Assembly: GCA_041668665.1 (NCBI GenBank)
Contig: JBAYCP010000001.1
Span: 1-27,772, forward strand
Source of the DNA: Bacilli bacterium
Lineage (GTDB): Bacteria > Bacillota_I > Bacilli_A > RFN20 > UBA1709
Direction of reading: 5' to 3'
Length of the DNA stretch: 27,772 nt
Part shown: one piece after another, positions 8,083-16,002 of the stretch
Numbering within the stretch: position 1 is the first letter of the stretch
Layout of the letters: each line of letters opens with the position of its first letter
The notes under the pieces: model-generated
Told to the model about the DNA's origin: nothing
The model's database searches: none
What the model saw: only the letters and a program-made list of their open reading frames with translations
Position numbers and translations under genes: made by a program

Positions 8083-8775
8083 TTAACCTTGATTGATAAA
8101 TCGGTATCCTACTCCAACTTGGGTAATAATATAATGCGGTTTTGCTGGATCAAGCTCAATTTTGCGGCGTAGACTAGCCATAAAAACTCTTAAACTCTGG
8201 GCATCATTGGACTCGCCAAATCCCCAAACATGGTGAATAATAAAATTGTGAGTTAAGACCTTCCCGCGATTTTCAATTAAGAGTTTTAATAGTTTGAATT
8301 CAGTGGGGGTTAGATGAATTTCCTTTTCTCCTAATGAGACGATTCCGCTGGTCCAAGAAACATGCAATTCTTCGCATTGAAAATCATCGCTATCGGACTG
8401 TGGGCTCGATCGCATTTTTCTCTCTGCCACTCGAATTCGTGCGAGCAATTCACCCATAAAGAAGGGCTTTGTGATGAAATCATCAGCTCCAGCATCCAAT
8501 GCATTGATTTTATCAAGTTCTTCCTCTCGCGCAGAGACGACTAGGATGGGAACTTGAGTTTTTTCACGAAGGGTGGATATAATCTCCATGCCATCCATAT
8601 CGGGTAATCCCAAGTCCAGCAACACAACGTCAGGGGAGTTTGCATAAAACAGTGCGAATGCTTCCTTACCACTGGTTGCAACATATGATTTGTAACCCTC
8701 ATCTTTTAAAAACATTTGAATTAAGGAAGAGATATATTTATCATCTTCTACAATTAATATGGATGTTAGAGGCAT
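8083..8775 (-). CDS. kdpE: OmpR-family response regulator, KdpE-like
   Basis: LIVEDD, LLDLGLPDMDG (phosphoacceptor Asp), DDFITKPF and winged-helix LTPTEF...LRVFMASLRRKIE...GVGYRF. Adjacent to a KdpD-like kinase. Confidence 0.85.
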   Translation of the reverse strand: MPLTSILIVEDDKYISSLIQMFLKDEGYKSYVATSGKEAFALFYANSPDVVLLDLGLPDMDGMEIISTLREKTQVPILVVSAREEELDKINALDAGADDFITKPFFMGELLARIRVAERKMRSSPQSDSDDFQCEELHVSWTSGIVSLGEKEIHLTPTEFKLLKLLIENRGKVLTHNFIIHHVWGFGESNDAQSLRVFMASLRRKIELDPAKPHYIITQVGVGYRFINQG

Positions 8776-8786
8776 ATTCCCATCTC

Positions 8787-10154
8787 CTATCGGGGTAAAG
8801 TAAATTCAAAACGAGCGCCCCCTAACGGGGAAGAGGAAGCCCGAATGGTCCCACCATGGGCTTCCACTAAAGTTTTGCAAATGACTAAGCCTAATCCAAT
8901 CCCACGTTTCCCATCAGCTCCGATTTTTCCACTAGTTATAAAAGCCTCGAATAAGTTGTGCTTGATTTTAGGGTCGATTCCAGTTCCAGCATCATCGACA
9001 ATGAAATTGATTGAGGTTGTTTGAGGGACAATACTTAGTTGGATCTCGCTCCCTTTGGAAGTATGAGTAACGGCATTGTTCAAAAGATTAAGCAATACTT
9101 GAACGATGGCCTTGCCATCCATTGGTATGGCAAGTAGTTCATCGGGCTGAGACACCGAAAAATGCCGTTCATCCAATCGAACAGTGAGAGATACCGCTTC
9201 ATTAATAACATCATCGATAACTTCTAATTGTTTTTTGACTTGTAAAGTACCATTATCAATACGAGCCATATTTAGCATGTTTTCGACAAGAGTAGTGAGC
9301 CAAACCGATTGATCTTTAATATCTTTAATGAGTTCTTGACGATCTTCCAAAGAAAGAGACTTTCCTCGCTCAAGTAGGAAACTACTTGCTCCAACAATCC
9401 CGGTTAATGGTGTGCGTAGATCATGAGAAACGCTTCGTAATAAATTACTCTTTAAGTGTTCTCGTTCCATTTCGATTCGAATCGCTTCTCGCTCCCGGTT
9501 AATGAATTCGCGATCTAGGGCTACTCCGAGTTGATTGGCTACGGCGTGAATTAATCGCGAGGTAGAAGGGGATAATCCATTGTTCGGAATAGCAATGTGT
9601 AGCGTTCCTAACGATTTAGCAAATCCAGGAACATCAAAGTTGATAGAAGTCGCAGGGTCATCGGTTGTTCTTTTTGTGGAGGATGGTGGAAAAAATTCAC
9701 CATTCAAATTAAGGGAATCTCGAATAAAAATGAGTGCTTCCTTCACTATAGAGTCTTCGCCGGTGACATTAAGTAATCGTTGATTAATCTCATACAAAAA
9801 GGTGGCATTCTTTTCGTTCTGTCGTGCTAAGTCACTTTGTTGTTGCAAGCGAGCAGTTAAACTCGAAGAAAGCGTGGCGGCAAGCAAAAAAACAATCATC
9901 AAGACAACGTCATTACTTTCATAGGCAGTAAAAGAGAATAAAGGCTCAGTAAAAAAGAAATTGAACATTAAAACGCTTAATAAGGATGCGATGATTCCAT
10001 ATCGATACTTGGTTGTTACAACAGTAACAACCAAGACACCGACCATGAATATCATTAACACATTTTCTTTATTGATTCCCCATTGGCTTACAAGGAAGGA
10101 GAGTCCTAAGGTGACAAGTAATACTGTTACAAGTCGAAGCGCTTGGTGTTTCAA
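8787..10154 (-). CDS. kdpD: KdpD-like sensor histidine kinase, short form (4-TM DUF4118-like + GAF-like + HisKA + HATPase)
   Basis: LMFNFFFTEP TM motif, H-box SHDLRTPL, N-box NLLNNA and G-boxes. TTG start after GGAGG. At 455 aa it lacks the N-terminal KdpD and USP domains. Confidence 0.85.
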   Translation of the reverse strand: MKHQALRLVTVLLVTLGLSFLVSQWGINKENVLMIFMVGVLVVTVVTTKYRYGIIASLLSVLMFNFFFTEPLFSFTAYESNDVVLMIVFLLAATLSSSLTARLQQQSDLARQNEKNATFLYEINQRLLNVTGEDSIVKEALIFIRDSLNLNGEFFPPSSTKRTTDDPATSINFDVPGFAKSLGTLHIAIPNNGLSPSTSRLIHAVANQLGVALDREFINREREAIRIEMEREHLKSNLLRSVSHDLRTPLTGIVGASSFLLERGKSLSLEDRQELIKDIKDQSVWLTTLVENMLNMARIDNGTLQVKKQLEVIDDVINEAVSLTVRLDERHFSVSQPDELLAIPMDGKAIVQVLLNLLNNAVTHTSKGSEIQLSIVPQTTSINFIVDDAGTGIDPKIKHNLFEAFITSGKIGADGKRGIGLGLVICKTLVEAHGGTIRASSSPLGGARFEFTLPR

Positions 10155-10173
10155 TCAGATCGCCTCCACGCTT

Positions 10174-10827
10174 CTATTTTATCATATTTAAGACTTTATC
10201 GACATCTTCGGTATGACCCATCACAATCAAGTGCTCTTCTACAGAAAGTACATGATCCGCCGGTGGCATGGGGGCAAGATGACTATTCGTACGAGTCGCC
10301 AAAATACTGAGGCGATATTTGACCCGAAAATCAAGTTCGCGGATACTCTTGCCAACCCATAGGTCAGCGACTGGAATTTCATAAATGGATACTTCATTGC
10401 TTAATTCAAAATAATCAAACAAATGATTCGAACTGCATCGCATCGCTAATCGTTCTGCCACTTCTCTTTCGGGATCAATCACTTCATCGGCACCATTGCG
10501 AAGTAGAAACTTTTGATGGATATCTCGAGAAGCTTTGCTTATTACACGCTTAGCCCCTAATTCTTTTAATAAACTAGTAATCTCCAAACTGCTTTGAAAG
10601 TTCGTGCCGACGCAAACGAAACAAATATCAAAATTGTTTACGCCAAGGGACCGTAATACTTCTTCATTGGTACAATCTCCAATTTGTGCGCTCAGTGAAT
10701 ATTGAAGCATATCTTGAAGGGTTTCTTCTTTCTCATCAACAATCATTACTTCATTTCCTAATTCGTGTAATTGTCGGGCTAAATGTTTTCCAAATCGCCC
10801 CATTCCGATAACTAACATTGATCGCAT
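10174..10827 (-). CDS. ktrA: TrkA/KtrA-family K+ uptake regulatory subunit (RCK_N + RCK_C)
   Basis: GMGRFG nucleotide-binding motif, GDCT, GADEVIDPE and a C-terminal RCK_C. AGGAGG RBS. Confidence 0.9.
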   Translation of the reverse strand: MRSMLVIGMGRFGKHLARQLHELGNEVMIVDEKEETLQDMLQYSLSAQIGDCTNEEVLRSLGVNNFDICFVCVGTNFQSSLEITSLLKELGAKRVISKASRDIHQKFLLRNGADEVIDPEREVAERLAMRCSSNHLFDYFELSNEVSIYEIPVADLWVGKSIRELDFRVKYRLSILATRTNSHLAPMPPADHVLSVEEHLIVMGHTEDVDKVLNMIK

Positions 10828-10839
10828 TGATAATTCCTC

Positions 10840-12189
10840 CTAACCAACGGTTACTTTTCCAATTGGATTTTGAATACAACTTTGTGGTTTGCGTTCCGTA
10901 AAGATTAAAGCAAACGTTAGACTTCCCACTCTTCCAAAAAACATTAATGTTATAAGAACAACTTGAGAGGCAGCGCCTAAGATAGGAGTAATGCCAAAGG
11001 ATAATCCGACGGTTCCCATAGCAGACACGATTTCATAGAGTAAAGGAAACAAAGAGAAACCAGGATTGAGGGAAGCGACAATCAATGTTCCTCCAGTGAT
11101 TAATAGAAGATTCACGGTAATGACCGAAGCGGCGCGACGCAGGACATTATCTTCCAACCGTCTCCCAAACACTTGGTTATCCTTCGTTCGCATCATATTG
11201 GCACGTAAGGATAATAGCAAAATAGCAATGGTTGTCGTCTTGACGCCCCCAGCTGCCGATCCAGGACTCCCTCCAATGAACATATAGATTAATTGGATAA
11301 AATGAGTAGCAGAGGTAAGAGAAGTGGGGGATATCATCGTAAATCCAGCGGTACGAGGGGTAATGGATTCAAAAAGAGAAGTTGATAATGCTGCTGGAAT
11401 GGAAAGACCTGCTAAAGCATTGTTTCTTTCCAATACAAAGATCAATATTGCCCCTCCAACAATGAGAAGAAAGGATGTGCTAAGAACAAGCTTAGAATGT
11501 AATTGCATTTTTCGAAAACGAAATTTAGAGTGTAATGCATCATCCCAGACATAAAACCCAATTCCACCTACAAAAATAAGAGCGGATAGAGTAAGACCAA
11601 TGGTAATATCGCCACGAAACCCAGTGAGAGATCCAAATGCTTGAAAGCGCCCCATGAGATCAAACCCCGCATTGCAAAAAGCCGAGATGGAGTGAAAAAT
11701 GGAGTAATAGGCCCCTGTTGTCCACCCCATTTCTGGGATGAAACGGGTTGCTAATAGAATGGCTCCGAGGATTTCAAAGAAGAGTGTTCCAACTAATATT
11801 TTTTTGGTTAACTTCACAATCCCTCCAATATAGAAAGTGTTGACACTTTCACGCAAGAGACCGCGTTCTTTTAATCCGATTTTGCGGTGAAGGAAAAAGG
11901 AGATCATGGTAATGACGGTCATAAATCCTAATCCACCGATTTGAATTAACACTAAGATGACAACTTGACCAAAGATTGTCCAATGAGTAAATGTGTCGAC
12001 AACAACGAGTCCAGTGACACAGGTTGCGGATGTGGCCGTAAAAAGTGCAGTTAAAAAATCTGTGGAATAGGGACTTTTTGTGGACCAAGGCAACATTAAA
12101 AGAATGGTTCCAGTTAAAATCAAAACAAAATAGCCAAATGCGATTAGTTGAGGATACGACCATCCTCGGATTTTTTGATATAAACTCAT
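10840..12189 (-). CDS. ktrB: TrkH/KtrB-family K+ uptake membrane subunit
   Basis: Four pore-loop motifs: SATCVTGL, FCNAGF, PRTAGF and MGTVGLS. Also IGGSPGSAAGGVKTTT. Confidence 0.9.
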   Translation of the reverse strand: MSLYQKIRGWSYPQLIAFGYFVLILTGTILLMLPWSTKSPYSTDFLTALFTATSATCVTGLVVVDTFTHWTIFGQVVILVLIQIGGLGFMTVITMISFFLHRKIGLKERGLLRESVNTFYIGGIVKLTKKILVGTLFFEILGAILLATRFIPEMGWTTGAYYSIFHSISAFCNAGFDLMGRFQAFGSLTGFRGDITIGLTLSALIFVGGIGFYVWDDALHSKFRFRKMQLHSKLVLSTSFLLIVGGAILIFVLERNNALAGLSIPAALSTSLFESITPRTAGFTMISPTSLTSATHFIQLIYMFIGGSPGSAAGGVKTTTIAILLLSLRANMMRTKDNQVFGRRLEDNVLRRAASVITVNLLLITGGTLIVASLNPGFSLFPLLYEIVSAMGTVGLSFGITPILGAASQVVLITLMFFGRVGSLTFALIFTERKPQSCIQNPIGKVTVG

Positions 12190-12647
12190 GAGTGTCGCCT
12201 CGATTCAAGTTTCGGAAAGATATTGATGATTTCGACTGCACAATCATTCATCCCTGCAAAAGAAATTATGCGATTTTTTTTATATAGACTAATATTACGA
12301 GTATCATTGCACATTGCATAGCACCGAATAGATGCATCTTGTTGTCGAAGCATACGGCATATTAACAAGTTTGTGACATCGTCATTCGATAGAGCCAAAA
12401 TCGCCAACGCAGAAAGATTTTGTAAGGATGAATCGATTCTTGGAAGTGATAACACTTGATACCCATGCGCACGCAAACCATCCACCACATTCGCAGAACG
12501 GGTGGATTGACCAAAAACGATGATGCGAGGAAGAGGGGAAATCGTTGAACTGGGAATTTTTAAAAGAGCCTTACTCCAAGGGCGGAAGCATTGCCACAAA
12601 AGCACAATGATTACTAGAAAGCCAACGAATAATATGATATCAAGCAA
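12186..12647 (-). CDS. Small membrane-anchored protein with a degenerate RCK_N (TrkA_N-like) domain
   Basis: N-terminal TM helix. RIIVFGQSTRS and AILALSNDDVTNLLICRMLR resemble RCK_N elements. TTG start after AGGAGG; ATGA overlap with ktrB. Confidence 0.65.
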   Translation of the reverse strand: MLDIILFVGFLVIIVLLWQCFRPWSKALLKIPSSTISPLPRIIVFGQSTRSANVVDGLRAHGYQVLSLPRIDSSLQNLSALAILALSNDDVTNLLICRMLRQQDASIRCYAMCNDTRNISLYKKNRIISFAGMNDCAVEIINIFPKLESRRHS

Positions 12648-12671
12648 AGCAAGCCCTCCTCTACTTCGACC

Positions 12672-12708
12672 ATAGTATGGGGGATGGATTGTAAAGGTGC
12701 CATAAAGG
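12672..12708 (-). promoter_or_regulatory. Putative KdpE-type binding site (11-bp-periodic direct repeat) plus -10 for the ktr-kdpDE operon
   Basis: Minus strand reads ccTTTATG-GCAcc-TTTACA-N12-TACTAT. The two half-sites are 11 bp apart, like the E. coli KdpE site TTTATA-N5-TTTACA. Confidence 0.55.
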
Positions 12709-12757
12709 TTTAGGTCGATTATATAAAGATAGTGTTAAGATACCAATCTTGTAGTTG

Positions 12758-12766
12758 TGATATACT
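12758..12766 (+). promoter_or_regulatory. Extended -10 promoter for the GNAT-NTase gene
   Basis: TGaTATACT, 25 nt upstream of the ATG; GAGGTG RBS. Confidence 0.5.
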
Positions 12767-12791
12767 TAATCCGTAAAGATGAGGTGATAAT

Positions 12792-13793
12792 ATGCTTTTT
12801 TCAAGCAAGCATTTCTATGTGCGATACTTTACGATGGATGATGTGGAAACAATGTTTACCTATCGCTCTCATCCAGAGTGCCAACGATATCAAGATTGGA
12901 AAGCCACTGATTTGGAAGAAATTCATCAGTTTTTGCATAGCATTCAAGGACGTACCATCGAAAAAGACGGTGAAACGCAGCTTGCAATTTGCCTGAAGGA
13001 TAGCGATAGTCAAATTGGAGATCTATATTTTGTTCGAAATGAGGAGACTATCACGATTGGCTATACCCTTCATCCTCAATTGCATCGGCAAGGATATGGA
13101 AAAGAAATTGTCGAAGCCTATGTTCAATGGCTACAGGACAATTTTCCAAAACATGAAATCGTCGCTATGGTGCATCCAGAAAATTTAGCAAGTTGCAAAT
13201 TATTGGACCGCCTTGCATTTATCAAAGAAGGTTATGAGCCCAAAGTAGACTCGATCATCTATTCGTTGCCTGCGCATTTTCCGGGATTATCAATTTGGGA
13301 TATTCGTGAACATTGGGTGAATCCACTACGCACAATTTCTTCATTGTTGAACGAATGGTTTGGTATTTCTCCCACTGTTTATGGTTCCATTGGTGTTCGG
13401 TTGCAAGTGACGGTCCCTTTTGATGTCCATGATTTGGATGTATTGATTCCAGAGAAATACCTTGAATCATTACGCCCTCAATTGGAAGAGAAATTGCATC
13501 AATCAGGCTATCAAATAAAGAATGAAAAAGTTTTATGTGCTACAAAAGATGGATTTGATATCGAGTTTTCATCGCGAGAGGCTTGGGAGCATCGTTGTGA
13601 TTTTCATGGAGCTGTTGAGCGAGTTCAACAAGAACTCTTCCATGTCTTATCCGTTGATGATTTACTTGCCTTGTATCAATACCTTCAGCAAGCTGATTTT
13701 CGAGATGAAAGAAAAAAGCAAAGCGATCAAGAGAAAATCACTTTGCTTCAACGCACGATTGCCTATCAAGCACGCTCACTTAAGTTTCGCTAA
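12792..13793 (+). CDS. RimJ/RimL-type GNAT acetyltransferase fused to a Pol-beta-superfamily nucleotidyltransferase-like domain
   Basis: Residues about 1-160 carry HRQGYGKE and NLASCKLL..LAF. The C-terminal half carries VYGS.G and DLD(VLIP). Confidence 0.7.
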   Translation: MLFSSKHFYVRYFTMDDVETMFTYRSHPECQRYQDWKATDLEEIHQFLHSIQGRTIEKDGETQLAICLKDSDSQIGDLYFVRNEETITIGYTLHPQLHRQGYGKEIVEAYVQWLQDNFPKHEIVAMVHPENLASCKLLDRLAFIKEGYEPKVDSIIYSLPAHFPGLSIWDIREHWVNPLRTISSLLNEWFGISPTVYGSIGVRLQVTVPFDVHDLDVLIPEKYLESLRPQLEEKLHQSGYQIKNEKVLCATKDGFDIEFSSREAWEHRCDFHGAVERVQQELFHVLSVDDLLALYQYLQQADFRDERKKQSDQEKITLLQRTIAYQARSLKFR

Positions 13794-15782
13794 GAGTTCA
13801 TTGAATATGGCGACGGACAGCGGTTTACTTAGAAGATATCCTTGGCCAAGTTGACAACCATTTTTAACGAGATAATCTTGCTGCTCCTTATTTTCGATCC
13901 CCTCTGCAACGATGGTATATCCAAGATTGGTTAACAATTCAATCATGGATCGGACAATAATTTCGTCTTTTCCGTTATGGTGGATTTGATTAATAAAATT
14001 GCGATCAAGTTTAACCATCTGAATGGGTAATACTTTGATATGGGTCAAAGAGGAGTATCCGGTTCCAAAATCATCCAAGGCGATTTGAACACCCAATTTA
14101 CGAAGTCTCGTGGTGTTGGCGAGAGCGGACTCAATATCTTTGATAACGGCTGTTTCCGTAAACTCGACGACTATTTTGGATAAGTCGCCGTTATAGAGTT
14201 GTAAAATGGATTCAATTTCGGTAAAGTTGACATCACTTACTAAGGTTTTACTCGATAGATTGATGGATAGAATGAGGTCCGAAAAACCCGATTGTTCCCA
14301 AAGTAGTTTTTGCTGTAAGGCATGGATAAATACAAAACGATCGATGGCAAAAATTTGTCCACTTTCTTCAGCAAAGGGGATAAATGTTGCGGGAGAAATG
14401 GCACCACGTTCGGCGTCATTCCATCGTAACAAGACTTCCATTCCGACGATCTCATTGGTTTTAATGTTGTATTGAGGCTGATAATGTAATTCGAATGATC
14501 CTTCATCCAACGCAGATTGAAGACGTTTTGCCATATCAAGTTGCTCGAGATTATCATGCTCGATGCTGTCCGAATAAAACATCACTTGATCTTTTCCTTC
14601 GTGTTTGGCTCGATACATTGCAATGTCTGCTTGCTTGGATAAAGTCAAGAAATCATGTCCATGTTGATGGGATAATGCAATCCCTATGCTGAAGGATAAG
14701 TAGAAACTGTGATTAAAGATCTTCCAAGTTTTGCCAAGTTGTTTTTCCAATCCACTTAACCACTCCAGCAACTGTTGCTTGGATTCATAGGGGGAGAAGA
14801 GTACGGAAAATTCATCGCCTCCAAGCCGTGCGACATAATGTGGGGATTTTACATATTGCTTGAATACATTGGCGACATAAATTAATAATTCATCCCCTAC
14901 TTGGTGTCCCAAAGAATCATTAATGTATTTGAAATTATCCAAATCAATATATAGCATGGCAAAGGGAGCTTTCCGTCGAGAAAAACGGTTGTCAACTTCG
15001 TGATCTAAGGCGACTCGATTGGGTAAGTCGGTAAGATAGTCGTGGTATGCTAAATATTCAAGTTTACGACTTACCTCTTTCTTCTCGGTGATATCAATTC
15101 CAAAGGAAACATATTCTGTTTCTCCAGAATCTTGCATGGCAATGGCGCCACTATTCCATAAGATGGAAAGCTGAGTACCAGCTTTCGTAACCAATTCGGT
15201 TTCATAATTGAGAAGACGTTCTTGTTTGACAAGGCTTAAAAACACTTTTTGTAAATTCTCTCGATTGGTGGAGTCCATGATGAGAGAGAGCCATTCTTCC
15301 CGAAAGGCTTCCGAATTATCATAACCCAATAATTCCAAAGCATAGGGATTGATGGATTTTAAATTTCCTCGGCTATCCCAGATTGTGATGAGAACAGGGG
15401 ATTGACCAATAATTTCCTCAGTAATGGCTTTTTGAACCAATAAAGCTTCCTTGGTTTTTCCTAGGATTGTTGTAGTTTCAATCACCTTAGCGACATATTT
15501 TTGAATGACCAGGAGTCGATTAAAAACGAGAAAATAGATAATTCCAACGGTCAGCGCAACAAAAAGCCAGCCTTTGATTAATTGAATGGTTTGCTGGACT
15601 TGCGGGTCGGTGACCAGTGCCTCAAGAATGGTATCAGTAATTGCAATCCATAAAAACCCAAAAATGGAATAATAAAGGGCGATGATTAAAGCATCACGAG
15701 CAGGCTTCACTTGTTCGGGTGGTAAGCGAAGCGGCTCAATGGGGGGAAGAGGAGTAGAATTATTTGTGCGTTTCTCGTTCAT
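13776..15782 (-). CDS. Membrane-bound PAS-GGDEF-EAL c-di-GMP diguanylate cyclase/phosphodiesterase
   Basis: Two N-terminal TM helices, PAS/PAC, HDYLTDLPNR, RLGGDEF, EVLLRW, DDFGTGYSS, AEGIE and QGY motifs. GGAGG RBS. Confidence 0.9.
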   Translation of the reverse strand: MNEKRTNNSTPLPPIEPLRLPPEQVKPARDALIIALYYSIFGFLWIAITDTILEALVTDPQVQQTIQLIKGWLFVALTVGIIYFLVFNRLLVIQKYVAKVIETTTILGKTKEALLVQKAITEEIIGQSPVLITIWDSRGNLKSINPYALELLGYDNSEAFREEWLSLIMDSTNRENLQKVFLSLVKQERLLNYETELVTKAGTQLSILWNSGAIAMQDSGETEYVSFGIDITEKKEVSRKLEYLAYHDYLTDLPNRVALDHEVDNRFSRRKAPFAMLYIDLDNFKYINDSLGHQVGDELLIYVANVFKQYVKSPHYVARLGGDEFSVLFSPYESKQQLLEWLSGLEKQLGKTWKIFNHSFYLSFSIGIALSHQHGHDFLTLSKQADIAMYRAKHEGKDQVMFYSDSIEHDNLEQLDMAKRLQSALDEGSFELHYQPQYNIKTNEIVGMEVLLRWNDAERGAISPATFIPFAEESGQIFAIDRFVFIHALQQKLLWEQSGFSDLILSINLSSKTLVSDVNFTEIESILQLYNGDLSKIVVEFTETAVIKDIESALANTTRLRKLGVQIALDDFGTGYSSLTHIKVLPIQMVKLDRNFINQIHHNGKDEIIVRSMIELLTNLGYTIVAEGIENKEQQDYLVKNGCQLGQGYLLSKPLSVAIFNELLAKLK

Positions 15783-15938
15783 AGAAAGACCTCCAATAGG
15801 GAATTAAGAAGCTTATATGAGTGGATGATTGACGAGAAGGATGATTTATATCTATTTTCAATATACTATATTGGATAATGAATAACTAGATGCGATTGAG
15901 AATCAAGCTTTTTTTCAATGCACATTTGGAGTGCGGTA

Positions 15939-15947
15939 TGCTACAAT
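15939..15947 (+). promoter_or_regulatory. Extended -10 promoter for the P-type ATPase
   Basis: TGcTACAAT about 55 nt upstream of the start codon. Confidence 0.5.
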
Positions 15948-16002
15948 ATGAACAAGCAAAAGGGATTCTTTTAGCTGAGCTTTTAAAGAAGGAGAATGTT
16001 AT

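Noticed and set aside
12648-12791. c-di-AMP (ydaO) riboswitch upstream of ktr
   Set aside because: The predicted leader is only about 20 nt and the whole intergenic region is 144 nt, with no ydaO-like sequence or structure.
15783-16002. yybP-ykoY (Mn2+) riboswitch before the P-type ATPase, or a c-di-GMP riboswitch before the GGDEF-EAL gene
   Set aside because: The ATPase leader is about 50 nt and lacks the GGGGAGUA...CAAGACC pattern. No GEMM-like GGnAAAnC/GCAAA stems were seen.
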